NCBI GenBank assembly: GCA_964475235.1
Contig: CAYYVZ010000001.1
Location: 1 to 47,029 of the forward strand
DNA length: 47,029 nt
Source: an uncultured Myxococcales bacterium
Lineage (GTDB): Bacteria; Desulfobacterota; Binatia; UBA1149; CAITLU01
Direction: 5' to 3'
In this document: positions 10,395 through 19,866 of the stretch, piece by piece
How the letters are laid out: every line of letters starts with the position of its first letter
Numbering within the stretch: the stretch's first letter is position 1
Position numbers and translations under genes: made by a program
The notes under the pieces: model-generated
The model's database searches: none
Told to the model about the DNA's origin: nothing
Seen by the model: only the letters and a program-made list of their open reading frames with translations

Positions 10395-10871
10395 ATGCCC
10401 GCCTCCCGCCAGACCGCGATCGAGTTCGGCATCGCCGTCGTCTCCGCGCGCTCGCTTCCCGAGAAGAAAGTCCGCGAGCGCATCGCGAGCCGCTTCTCGC
10501 GCGAAGAGACCGAAGCGGCGATCGCGAGGCTGCGCGAGCTTCGCTACGTGGACGACGCCGCGTGGGCCGAACGATTCGTGCGCGACCGCTCGACGCGCGC
10601 CGGCAAAGGCCGCCACCGGATTCGCGCCGAGCTTGCGACGAAAGGCATCGATCGTGCGACGGCCGAGTCGGCGATCGATGCGGCGATCGGCGCCGACGAC
10701 GAGCGCGCACGAGCATCGGCTGCGCTCGAATCGATGCGGGCGAAGCTCGCGGGCGGCGCCGCCAGCCCGGCCGAGCACACCGACCGAACCCTCAAAGACA
10801 GGCTGTTTCGCCGCATGCTGGCGCGCGGCTACCCGGCCTCCCTCGTGCGTGACTTGCTGGGCGTTTCCTAG
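10395..10871 (+). CDS. recX: Recombination regulator RecX
   Basis: Three-helix-repeat pattern 'ARLRELRYVDDAAWAERFVRDR...GKGRHRIRAELATKGIDRATAESAI'. Located immediately downstream of recA. Confidence 0.85.
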   Translation: MPASRQTAIEFGIAVVSARSLPEKKVRERIASRFSREETEAAIARLRELRYVDDAAWAERFVRDRSTRAGKGRHRIRAELATKGIDRATAESAIDAAIGADDERARASAALESMRAKLAGGAASPAEHTDRTLKDRLFRRMLARGYPASLVRDLLGVS

Positions 10872-10888
10872 TATCCCGTCGTCGCTGA

Positions 10889-13531
10889 ATGACGGGTACC
10901 GAAGTCCGCAAGTCCTTCCTCGATTTCTTCCGTTCGAAGGGCCATCTCATCGTTCCGAGCGCGCCGATCGTTCCGGTCGGCGACCCGACCCTGATGTTCA
11001 CGAACTCGGGGATGGTGCAGTTCAAGAACGTCTTCCTCGGTTTGTCCGAGCCGCCTTCCGCGCGCGTCGCCGACAGCCAGAAATGCCTGCGCATCTCGGG
11101 CAAGCACAACGACCTCGAAGACGTCGGCCGCGACACCTACCACCACACCCTGTTCGAGATGCTCGGCAACTGGAGCTTCGGCGACTACTACAAGCCCGAG
11201 GCCATCGAATGGGCCTGGGAGCTGCTGACGGGCGTCTGGGGACTTCCGAAAGACAAGCTCTACGCCACCGTCTACAAGACCGACGACGAGGCCGAGCAGC
11301 TCTGGAAGAAGATCACCGACATCGGCCATGACCGCGTGCTGCGATTCGCCGAGAAGGACAACTTCTGGGAGATGGGCGACACGGGTCCGTGCGGCCCGTG
11401 CTCGGAGATCCACATCGACCGCGGCGAAGGCGCATGCGACATGCAACACGTCGCCGGCCACGTCTGCGCGGTCAACGTGGGCTGCGCGCGTTACATCGAG
11501 CTCTGGAACCTCGTCTTCATCCAGTACCACCGCGACGACGCGGGCAAGCTCCACGAGCTGCCGGCCAAGCACGTGGACACCGGCATGGGCCTCGAGCGCG
11601 TGGCCTCGGTGCTCGAGAACGTCGGCGGCAACTATGACGGCACGCTGCTGCGCTGCCTCATCGCGACCGCCGAGCAGCTCTCGAAGCGGAAGTACGGCGA
11701 CAACGCGGACAAGGACATCAGCTTCCGCGTGCTCGCGGACCACAGCCGCGCGATCTCGTTCATGATCACCGACGGCATCGAGCCGTCGAACGAAGGCCGC
11801 GGCTACGTGCTGCGCCGCCTGCTGCGCCGCGCGGCGCGCCACGGAAAGAACCTCGGCCTCGGCGACGCGTTCCTCTACCGCATCTGCGACACGGTCGTGG
11901 AGACGATGGGCGACCAGTACAACGAGCTCACGAGCGGCCGCAGCAAGGTCCTCGACACCGTGCGCGAGGAAGAAGAGCGCTTCGCCGTCACGCTCGACCG
12001 CGGCCTCGTCCACCTCGACGACGAGGTGAAGCGGCTCGGCACGGGCGCGACGAAGCTTCCCGGCGACATCGCGTTCCGCCTCTACGACACCTACGGCTTC
12101 CCCGTCGACATGACGGACGACATCCTGCGCGGCCGCGGCATGGCCGTGGACCGCGACGGCTTCGAAGCTGCGCTCGAAGAGCAGCGCGAGCGCGGCCGCG
12201 GCGCCCAGGCCGCCAAGGGCGGCGCGCGCGACTACACGCTGATCGTCGCTGCGGCGCGCGAGCGCGGCGTGAAGTACGCGGGGCAGCAAGTCGAAGCCGC
12301 CGATTCGCGCGTCGTCGCGCTCGCCAGGGGCGGCGAGCTCGTCACGTCGCTGAAGCAGGGCGAAGAAGGCGAGCTCGCAGCGGAGCTGACGCCGTTTTAC
12401 GGCGAGTCGGGCGGACAGGTCGGCGACGCAGGCACGATCACGGGCAAGAGTGGCCTCGCCCTGCGCGTGATCGACACGCAGAAGCCGGCACCCGACGTCG
12501 TCGTCCACATCGTGCGCGTCGAGAAGGGCGAAGTCTCGGTCGGCGACGAAATCGCGCTTCAGGTGGACGCCGCTCGTCGCCAGGCGATCCGCCTCAACCA
12601 TTCGGCCACGCACCTCATGCACGCGGCGCTGCGCAACCACCTCGGAAAGGGCGTGCACCAGCAGGGCTCGCTCGTCGATCCGACGCGGCTGCGTTTCGAC
12701 TTCAACCATTCGGGCCCGGTCGCCGACGAGAAGCTCGCCGACATCGAGTCGGAGACCAACGCCGCCATCCGCGCGAACTACGAGGTCACCGTCACCGAGA
12801 TGCCCTACGACGACGCGATCGCCGCGGGCGCGATGGCGTTCTTCGGCGACAAGTACGGCGACGTCGTGCGCGTGCTGAAGATGGGCGACTACTCGATCGA
12901 GCTGTGCGGCGGCACTCACGTCTCGCGCACGGGCGACATCGGCCTGCTGCGTCTCGACAGCGAGAGCGGAGTGGCCGCCGGCGTGCGCCGCATCGAGGCT
13001 TCGACGGGCGCCGGCGCGTTCGAGACCATCCGCCGCCGCGATGAGATCCTGCGCGAGATCGCCGGCCTGCTGAAGATCCGCGAGGAAGACACGGTCGGCC
13101 GCATCGAGAAGCTCATCGCCGAGAGCCGTGAGCTCGAGAAGAAGCTCGCGCGCGCGGCCCAGGGCCAGTCGCGCGACGTCGTCGCCGACCTCGCGGCGGC
13201 CGCGAAGAAGACGGGCGACGGCACCAGCGTCGTCGTCTCGAAGGTCGAGGGCATCGACGCGAAGTCGCTGCGCCCGGTCTGCGACCGTCTTCGCGAGAAG
13301 CTCGGCCCCTCGGTCGTCGTGCTCGCGGCGGAGGGCGACGGCTCGGCGAGCGTGCTCGTCGCGGTGACTCCGGATCGCATCGGCAAGTGGAACGCCAACG
13401 ACATCATTCGCCAGCTCGTGCCGCTGATCGACGGACGCGGCGGCGGCAAGCCGGACTTCGCGCAGGCCGGCGGCAAGAATCCCGCCGGCATTGCGGCGCT
13501 GCTGGAGAAAGCCCACGAAATCGTCGTCTAG
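10889..13531 (+). CDS. alaS: Alanine--tRNA ligase
   Basis: 'FLDFFRSKGHLIVPSAPIVP..DPTLMFTNSGMVQFK', 'HHTLFEMLGNWSFGDYYK', editing domain 'HSATHLMHAALR', 'CGGTHV', C-terminal DHHA1-like 'GGGKPDFAQAGG'. 880 aa. Confidence 0.97.
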   Translation: MTGTEVRKSFLDFFRSKGHLIVPSAPIVPVGDPTLMFTNSGMVQFKNVFLGLSEPPSARVADSQKCLRISGKHNDLEDVGRDTYHHTLFEMLGNWSFGDYYKPEAIEWAWELLTGVWGLPKDKLYATVYKTDDEAEQLWKKITDIGHDRVLRFAEKDNFWEMGDTGPCGPCSEIHIDRGEGACDMQHVAGHVCAVNVGCARYIELWNLVFIQYHRDDAGKLHELPAKHVDTGMGLERVASVLENVGGNYDGTLLRCLIATAEQLSKRKYGDNADKDISFRVLADHSRAISFMITDGIEPSNEGRGYVLRRLLRRAARHGKNLGLGDAFLYRICDTVVETMGDQYNELTSGRSKVLDTVREEEERFAVTLDRGLVHLDDEVKRLGTGATKLPGDIAFRLYDTYGFPVDMTDDILRGRGMAVDRDGFEAALEEQRERGRGAQAAKGGARDYTLIVAAARERGVKYAGQQVEAADSRVVALARGGELVTSLKQGEEGELAAELTPFYGESGGQVGDAGTITGKSGLALRVIDTQKPAPDVVVHIVRVEKGEVSVGDEIALQVDAARRQAIRLNHSATHLMHAALRNHLGKGVHQQGSLVDPTRLRFDFNHSGPVADEKLADIESETNAAIRANYEVTVTEMPYDDAIAAGAMAFFGDKYGDVVRVLKMGDYSIELCGGTHVSRTGDIGLLRLDSESGVAAGVRRIEASTGAGAFETIRRRDEILREIAGLLKIREEDTVGRIEKLIAESRELEKKLARAAQGQSRDVVADLAAAAKKTGDGTSVVVSKVEGIDAKSLRPVCDRLREKLGPSVVVLAAEGDGSASVLVAVTPDRIGKWNANDIIRQLVPLIDGRGGGKPDFAQAGGKNPAGIAALLEKAHEIVV

Positions 13532-14486
13532 TCTCGAGTTCGCCGACTCGCAGCGGCTCCACGTGCTCTTCGGAAACCACGACGAGAACGTGCGGGCGCT
13601 CGAGAAGGCGCTCGACGTCCGCGTGGCGATGACCGACGAAGGGCTTCGCATCGAGGGCGACGACCACCAGACGGAGCTCGCCGCGCGAGTGCTGCGCGAG
13701 CTCTACGGCATGGCCGGCGGCGGCCGCACGGTGGCTCCGGCCGATGTCACGCGCGCCATCGAGATCCTCGCGTCCAGCAAGACGGCGACGCTGTCGGAGA
13801 TGTACCGGCGCCCGATCTACGTCTCGCCGCGCGGCAAGGAGATCGCCCCCAAGACGACGAACCAGCGCCTCTACGTCGAGGCCATCTCGAAACACGATCT
13901 CACGTTCGGCATCGGTCCGGCCGGTACCGGCAAGACCTACCTCGCGATGGCGATGGCCGTCGCGGACCTGTTCCGCGGCAAGTACTCGCGCATCATCCTC
14001 ACGCGCCCCGCGGTCGAAGCCGGCGAGAAGCTCGGCTTCCTGCCCGGCGATCTCGCCGAGAAGGTGAATCCGTACCTGCGGCCGCTCTACGACGCGCTTC
14101 ACGACATGGTGAGCCTCGAGAAGGCGCAGACGATGATCGAGCGCGGCACCATCGAGGTCGCGCCGCTCGCGTTCATGCGCGGCCGTACGCTCAACAACGC
14201 GTTCGTGATCCTCGACGAGGCCCAGAACACCACGCGCGAACAGATGCGCATGTTCCTCACGCGCCTCGGCTTCGAGTCGAAGGCCGTCGTGACCGGCGAC
14301 ATCACGCAGGTGGACCTGCCGATCACGCACGTCTCGGGCCTCGACGACGCATGGAAAATCCTCGAAGGCATTCCCGACATCGCCTTCGTCCAGTTCGAGG
14401 ACCGCGACGTCGTCCGCCATCCGCTGGTCAAGCGCATCATCGGCGCGTACGAGAAGAGCGTGCCGACGCGGCGCCAGTCTTCCTGA
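13491..14486 (+). CDS. phoH: PhoH-like ATPase (YbeZ family)
   Basis: Walker A '[16 protein letters not shown]', '[32 protein letters not shown]', Walker B 'VILDEAQN'. The only in-frame start ahead of the conserved N-terminus is TTG at 13491, which overlaps alaS by 41 nt. Confidence 0.85.
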   Translation: MRRCWRKPTKSSSSLEFADSQRLHVLFGNHDENVRALEKALDVRVAMTDEGLRIEGDDHQTELAARVLRELYGMAGGGRTVAPADVTRAIEILASSKTATLSEMYRRPIYVSPRGKEIAPKTTNQRLYVEAISKHDLTFGIGPAGTGKTYLAMAMAVADLFRGKYSRIILTRPAVEAGEKLGFLPGDLAEKVNPYLRPLYDALHDMVSLEKAQTMIERGTIEVAPLAFMRGRTLNNAFVILDEAQNTTREQMRMFLTRLGFESKAVVTGDITQVDLPITHVSGLDDAWKILEGIPDIAFVQFEDRDVVRHPLVKRIIGAYEKSVPTRRQSS

Positions 14487-14496
14487 CTCCCATCCC

Positions 14497-14991
14497 ATGC
14501 CGGTCGAAGTGATCGACGAGTCTTCGCCGGAGCCATGCGGCACGCCGGAGGCGCAGTCCCCGCTCGGCGCTTCGGCCGAGGGGATCGCGACGGCGATTCT
14601 CGAATGCCTCGATCGCGCGGACGCGGAGCTGTCGGTCGCGCTCGTTGGCGACGAGCGCATGCGCGACCTCAATCGCGACTGGCGCGGCAAGGATGCGACG
14701 ACCGACGTGCTGTCGTTCTCGCAGATCGAAGGCGAGCCGTTCTCGACGCTCCACGAGATGCTCGGCGACGTCGTGATCTCGGTGCCGGTGCTTCGTCGCC
14801 AGGCCGCCGACGGCGGCTGGACGGTCGAGGAAGAGCTCGCGCGGCTGCTGCTGCACGGCGTTCTCCACCTGCTCGGGTTCGATCACGAGAACGAAACGGA
14901 CGCGCGCGCGATGCGCGTCGAGGAAGGACGCATCGTCGCGGCCCTCGCGGCGCGCGGAATCGGGTGTGCGTGGGAAGGGGGCGCCGCGTGA
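14497..14991 (+). CDS. ybeY: rRNA maturation endoribonuclease YbeY
   Basis: Zinc motif '[12 protein letters not shown]', 'TDVLSF'. Located between phoH and lnt, as in the conserved ybeZYX-lnt arrangement. Confidence 0.9.
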   Translation: MPVEVIDESSPEPCGTPEAQSPLGASAEGIATAILECLDRADAELSVALVGDERMRDLNRDWRGKDATTDVLSFSQIEGEPFSTLHEMLGDVVISVPVLRRQAADGGWTVEEELARLLLHGVLHLLGFDHENETDARAMRVEEGRIVAALAARGIGCAWEGGAA

Positions 14992-16622
14992 GCAAGCGCG
15001 CGCGCGATAACGCAGGGGAACGGTCCGATGTCCGCGGCGCCGCGGGGAAGCCCGGGTGGCGACAGATCGCCGGTGCAGTTGCGAGCGGGCTGCTGCTTGC
15101 AGCGTCGTTCCCGCGCATCGACCAGCCGTGGCTGGCCTGGGTGGCGCTCGTCCCGCTGCTCGCGGCGATCCGCGGCGCGCGTCCGCGCCGGGCGGCGGCG
15201 CTCGGGTGGCTCACCGGCTTCGTGTTCTTCGTGACGTCCGTCTACTGGATCCCCGACACGATCAGCAACTTCACGAGCATTCCGCACGTGCTCGCGGTGC
15301 TCATCCTCGTGATCGCGGCGACGTACGCGGCCTACACGCACGCATTGTTCGCGTTCGGGCTCGAATGGCTCGCGGCGGGCGGCGTGCCGCGCATGCTCGG
15401 TGCGCCCATCGCGTGGGTCGGCTGCGAGTGGCTACGCACGTTCGCCCTGGCCGAGTTTCCCTGGAACCTGCTCGGTTACTCGCAGATCCCCTTCGTCAGT
15501 CTCATCCAGGCGGCGGATCTCGGCGGCGTGTATCTCCTCTCCGCCGTGATCGTGTTCGCGAACGCATCGATCGCGAGCGGCATCGTCGCGTGGCGGAAGA
15601 ATCGCTGGGGTTCGGCGCCGGCGCGGTTCGCGCTCGCGGCCGCCTGTCCGGCCTTCCTCTTCGTCTACGGCGAGTATCGTCTGGGCGCGCTCGAACAGAT
15701 TCCGTATTCCGGGTCGCTGCGCGTCGGCATCGTGCAGGGCAACATCCCGCAGATCCTGAAATGGGACGCGACCGTTCAGAACGAGATCCTCGCAAAGTAT
15801 CTCGCCCTCACCGAACAGGCCGCGGACGCAGGCGCGCAGCTCGTCGTGTGGCCGGAGACGTCCGCGCCGTTCTACATGGGGCGGGACACCCGCACGCAGG
15901 TCATCATGAAGACGGCGCGCGATCGCGGCATCGACATCCTCGTCGGCGCGCCGGGGCTCGAGGACCGCGACGGCGAGAGCATCAAGCCGTGGAACGACGC
16001 GTGGCTCGTGCAGGGCGCCGGCCCCGTGATCGGTCCGTACACGAAGATCCAGCTCGTGCCGTTCGGCGAGTACATTCCGTTCTACGGCATGCTGGGCCTT
16101 CTGGAGCTCGCGCCCGAGATCGTCGGGCAGCTCGGGCGCGGCAGCGAGCTCACGATCTTCGAGACCAAGCCGGTCGTACCGGCTTCGTCCGAAGGCGCGC
16201 CGGTCTCGCGCTCGGCGCGCTTCGCGACGCTCATCTGCTTCGAGGGAATCTTCCCGAAGCTCACGCGAGCGTTCGCAACCGAAGGGCCGGACTTCCTCGT
16301 CAACATCAGCAACGACGCATGGTACGGCGACACCGCGGCCGCCAACCAGCATCTCATCATGGCGGCGATGCGGTCGGTGGAGAACCGGCTGCCGCTCGTG
16401 CGCTCGACCAACACCGGCATCTCGGCGTTCGTGACAGACGAGGGGCGCATCGGACCGACGACGCCGCTGTTTCACGAGGACGTGGTCGTGGAGACGGTGC
16501 TGATCCGGAATGTCTGGTCGTTCTATCGCGAGTACGGAGACGTGTTCCTGCGCACGTGCCTGGCGCTGGTGGCGGTGCTGTCGCTGTTCGTGATCTTGCG
16601 CGGGCAGAACGCGCCGGCTTGA
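14988..16622 (+). CDS. lnt: Apolipoprotein N-acyltransferase
   Basis: Multi-TM N-terminus 'LLLAASFPRIDQPWLAWVALVPLL', then a CN-hydrolase domain with 'LVVWPETS' (Glu), 'KIQLVPFGEYIP' (Lys) and 'ATLICFEGIFP' (Cys). GTG at 14988 overlaps the ybeY stop (GTGA). The track start at 14535 is off-gene. Confidence 0.88.
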   Translation: MSKRARDNAGERSDVRGAAGKPGWRQIAGAVASGLLLAASFPRIDQPWLAWVALVPLLAAIRGARPRRAAALGWLTGFVFFVTSVYWIPDTISNFTSIPHVLAVLILVIAATYAAYTHALFAFGLEWLAAGGVPRMLGAPIAWVGCEWLRTFALAEFPWNLLGYSQIPFVSLIQAADLGGVYLLSAVIVFANASIASGIVAWRKNRWGSAPARFALAAACPAFLFVYGEYRLGALEQIPYSGSLRVGIVQGNIPQILKWDATVQNEILAKYLALTEQAADAGAQLVVWPETSAPFYMGRDTRTQVIMKTARDRGIDILVGAPGLEDRDGESIKPWNDAWLVQGAGPVIGPYTKIQLVPFGEYIPFYGMLGLLELAPEIVGQLGRGSELTIFETKPVVPASSEGAPVSRSARFATLICFEGIFPKLTRAFATEGPDFLVNISNDAWYGDTAAANQHLIMAAMRSVENRLPLVRSTNTGISAFVTDEGRIGPTTPLFHEDVVVETVLIRNVWSFYREYGDVFLRTCLALVAVLSLFVILRGQNAPA

Positions 16623-16692
16623 GCCACGGCCGGGTCGTTCCCGGTCGGCACGGCATTGGCGTTGCACGCTGCGAGTCACTAGCCTCCGCCGC

Positions 16693-18030
16693 ATGCCCGC
16701 GCGCCCCGTCGTCTCCGTCATCGTTCCGACCTTCGACGGCCGGGAGTTCCTGGCAGAGTGCCTGCCCGGATTGCGGGCCCAGAGTCTCCCGCTCGATCAG
16801 TTCGAGATCGTCGTGGTCGACAACGGTTCCACGGATGGAACGGCGGAGTGGCTCGGTGCCGAGTACCCCGCGACGGTTGTCGTCCGCCTGTCGGAGAATC
16901 TCGGTTTCGCAGAAGGCGTGAACCGCGGCGCCGCAATCGCCAAAGGCGAGCTTCTCGTCTTCCTGAACAACGACACGTTTCCGGAGCCCGATTTTCTGGC
17001 GGAGTTGATCGAGGCGGCCGGGGGCGCAGACCCTCCGGATTGCGTGGCCGCCCGGATCCTGAACTGGGAGGGAGACGGGATCGAGTTCGGCGGGGCGTCG
17101 CTCAACGTCTTCGGATTCGGCGCCCAGCATTCGTCGTGGCAACCCCGGTTCTCGGAGACGAAGGCCGGGGACCCTCTTCCGTTCGCGTGCGGCGGCGCGA
17201 TGCTCATCCGGGCAGATGCGTTCCGAGACCTCGGGGGCTTCGACCCGGACTACTTCGCCTACTACGAAGACGTGGACCTTGGCTGGCGGCTGTGGCTGTC
17301 GGGGCGTCGTGTGGTGTACGCGCCTGCCGCCGAAGTGCGGCACAGGAGACACGCCACGGGCGAGCGCTTCTCGACGACCTGGCGGCATTTTCACTGGTAT
17401 CGCAACGCCCTGCTCACCCTGATCAAGAACAGCGACGAAGAGCTCCTGCCGCATCTTCTGCCGTTCGCGTTCATCGCGTTCTTCCAGCGTATCGGCGCGC
17501 TCTATCATTCTGCCGCGCAGGCTTCTGCCGCCGGCGACGTCGAGCAGGCGCAGTTTCTTCTGGGAAGCGCGGTCGGTGGTGCCGACGGCATCAGCTGGAT
17601 CCTCGATCATCTGGAGGCCGTGTGGGACAAGCGTCGTTCCGTGCAGGCCCTCCGGCGGGTTCCCGACCGTGCGCTCGCAGACATCCTCGACATCCGGCTG
17701 GATTTTGGAGCGGAGGGAGATGCTTCGGAGAACGCGCGTGCGCTGCGGCTCCTTCCCTTCGTCGATCTGTCCGCTCTCATGACACCCGATCGTGCGGAGG
17801 CGGCGGCCATGGCCGCCGCAAGCCGAATCGCCGAGGACGCGAGAAAGGAGCTGGAGAAGATGCGCCCTGAGCTGGTCGCGTGGCACGCCGAAGCCAGCAG
17901 GCTCGGCAGGGAGCTCCACGCGCGCAACCTCGAACTGGCCGAGGCGCGCCGCAGGCTCGACGAGATTCTCTCCTCCCGGTCATGGCGCTGGACCGCAGCC
18001 GTCCGGTGGCTGATCGCCGCCGTGCGATGA
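16693..18030 (+). CDS. Family 2 glycosyltransferase with a C-terminal coiled-coil tail
   Basis: 'VSVIVPTFDGREFLAECL..L..Q......EIVVVDNGSTDGT', 'LVFLNNDTF', 'YYEDVDLGWRLWLSGRRVVYAP.AEV.H'. The C-terminus 'ELEKMRPELVAWHAEASRLGRELHARNLELAEARRRLDEILSSRSWRWT' is helical. Confidence 0.8.
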   Translation: MPARPVVSVIVPTFDGREFLAECLPGLRAQSLPLDQFEIVVVDNGSTDGTAEWLGAEYPATVVVRLSENLGFAEGVNRGAAIAKGELLVFLNNDTFPEPDFLAELIEAAGGADPPDCVAARILNWEGDGIEFGGASLNVFGFGAQHSSWQPRFSETKAGDPLPFACGGAMLIRADAFRDLGGFDPDYFAYYEDVDLGWRLWLSGRRVVYAPAAEVRHRRHATGERFSTTWRHFHWYRNALLTLIKNSDEELLPHLLPFAFIAFFQRIGALYHSAAQASAAGDVEQAQFLLGSAVGGADGISWILDHLEAVWDKRRSVQALRRVPDRALADILDIRLDFGAEGDASENARALRLLPFVDLSALMTPDRAEAAAMAAASRIAEDARKELEKMRPELVAWHAEASRLGRELHARNLELAEARRRLDEILSSRSWRWTAAVRWLIAAVR

Positions 18031-19085
18031 AATTCGACTTCCTACTTTGCGGGAGTCCCGACGACGCCTTCTACTCCCAGTTCTCGCTCTTCCGGCGCAG
18101 TCTCGACGCACTCGGCGGCGACTATCGGGACGCGCGACTCGTCGGGGTCTTCGGTGCGGCGCGCGAAGTGCCGTTACCCGAGAGATGGAAGCGCTACTTC
18201 GATCGGATCGAGATCGCCTGGGCCGATTGCGACGAGTACCGGCGCGTGGAGACCTACGCGCAGGGCGATCTTCGTTACGAGCTCGTCCGGCCGGATGCCG
18301 ATCTGGCGTTCCTCTGCGATGCCGACACGCTGATGTTGCGCCCGTTTCCGGACGATTTCCTGGCCGGCATGACGCAGCAGCCCGCGATCTCCGCGGTCAT
18401 TGCGCACTATCCGCTGCCCATCGGGTTCACGCAGGAGGAGCTCGGGAAACTCTCGGTCGATTCCGTCGCGCGCTCGCTGATCGCCCGCTGGCCGTCCGTC
18501 TACGATGCAGCGATGCGTTTCCCTGGCCTGCGGCGCTACCTTCCGCTGACAGCGGAGACGAAGAGCGACGATGTCTGGGAGATTCTCGGGCGCGACATTC
18601 TCGGCCGCTCACCGGACATGGCGTTCGGCTACACGTTGCAGACACCCGAGTCGCGCCAGGCCTGCCCGTTCTACGTCAATTACGGCTTCGTTGCGGGAAC
18701 CCCGGCGATGCTCGTTGCCCTTCATGGCGAGCTGCGCCGCATGCAGCCCCACCTCGCGGAAAGAATCGGAAAGTCGGTTGGATTCTACGGGCAGGCGGCC
18801 ATCGCCCTGGCGGTCCAGAAGCTCGGGTTGCCGCACCGCGCGCTGCCGATGCGGTTCAACTATCCCAACGACCCGCTCGCCGACCGTCTCTATCCCGAGG
18901 AGCTCGCGAACGTGGTGTTGCTCCACTACCTCAGGACGACTCATTTCGATCGCCACCGGATCTTCTCCATCGAAGAAGAGTTCCGGCGGTTTCTCTCCCT
19001 CGATCTGTCGGGCAGCGATCGGGTCTTCCAGCAGTACGTGCGCGAGCTGACTGGCGGAACCTTTCCGTTTTCAGGTGCCGTGTGA
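18027..19085 (+). CDS. Hypothetical protein; possible GT-A (GT8-like) glycosyltransferase with a DxD motif
   Basis: ATG at 18027 overlaps the GT2 stop (ATGA). Coding-like composition throughout. 'FDFLLCGSPDDAFY' and 'FLCDADTLML' resemble the N-terminal and DxD motifs of GT-A enzymes. I recognise no family with confidence. Confidence 0.5.
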   Translation: MKFDFLLCGSPDDAFYSQFSLFRRSLDALGGDYRDARLVGVFGAAREVPLPERWKRYFDRIEIAWADCDEYRRVETYAQGDLRYELVRPDADLAFLCDADTLMLRPFPDDFLAGMTQQPAISAVIAHYPLPIGFTQEELGKLSVDSVARSLIARWPSVYDAAMRFPGLRRYLPLTAETKSDDVWEILGRDILGRSPDMAFGYTLQTPESRQACPFYVNYGFVAGTPAMLVALHGELRRMQPHLAERIGKSVGFYGQAAIALAVQKLGLPHRALPMRFNYPNDPLADRLYPEELANVVLLHYLRTTHFDRHRIFSIEEEFRRFLSLDLSGSDRVFQQYVRELTGGTFPFSGAV

Positions 19086-19142
19086 CCGGGAGGCCGTCGC
19101 GATGCGGCACGCAGTGGGCCCGCCGGTCCGGCTCCGCGCGAG

Positions 19143-19844
19143 CTACGGACGGGAAGCCACGTAAAGACCCATTCCGAAGAGCCCCTTCGGATCGAATCGG
19201 ACGAGCTTCAGTCCCGCGGCCTCGAACGCGGCGGAGTAGTCCGCGGCTTCGAACAGTCCCATCTCGTGGCGTTCGGTGAAGTGCTCCACGCCGTCCGGAG
19301 ATCCCACCAGGTACTCGACGTCGTGCGTGACCAGCGTTCCTTCGCGCCTGGCGACGAACATCCGCACGATCTTGCGGGGAGGATCCTCCACGACGTCGGT
19401 GACGACGCGACCGGTCCAGAATCGATCGGGAGTTACCCACGGCTCGACGAACAGAAGGCCGCGCGGATTCAGGTGTCGCGCCATGCGGCCGACCGCGAGA
19501 CGGAGACGCTCGACGGTCCGCACGTAGGCGATCGAGCTGAACAGGCAGGTCACGACGTCGAAGGTCCGGCCCAGGTCGAAGTCCACCATGTCGGACTGAT
19601 GAAACCGGACCGCCGGGCAGCGTGACCGGGCCGTCTCCAGCAGATTGGCATCGAGGTCGAGTCCCTCCACCTCGTAGCGCTCGCGTAGATGCTCCAGGTG
19701 CTTGCCTGTTCCGCAGGCGACGTCGAGAAGGGACCGCGCATCGGGACGAAGCTCCCGAATCTGCGCGTCCAGCGCGGCGGCCGCCGCGGCGTAGTCTCTG
19801 GAGCGATAGAGCAGGTCGAAGAACCGTGCCGATTTCACGTACAC
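19143..19844 (-). CDS. SAM-dependent methyltransferase, TylM1/DesVI-like (NDP-aminosugar N,N-dimethyltransferase family)
   Basis: 'SLLDVACGTGKHLEHL....YEVEGLDLDANLLETARSR.P', 'DMVDFDLGRTFDVVTCLFSSIAYV', 'LFVEPWVTPDRF', 'VEYLVG', 'LF....Y..AFEAAGL'. These align along the whole length with TylM1 as I remember it. GTG start at 19844 (or 19838), preceded by GAAAAAGG. Confidence 0.65.
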   Translation of the reverse strand: MYVKSARFFDLLYRSRDYAAAAAALDAQIRELRPDARSLLDVACGTGKHLEHLRERYEVEGLDLDANLLETARSRCPAVRFHQSDMVDFDLGRTFDVVTCLFSSIAYVRTVERLRLAVGRMARHLNPRGLLFVEPWVTPDRFWTGRVVTDVVEDPPRKIVRMFVARREGTLVTHDVEYLVGSPDGVEHFTERHEMGLFEAADYSAAFEAAGLKLVRFDPKGLFGMGLYVASRP

Positions 19845-19866
19845 GCGGACACCTTTTTCCGGAGAG

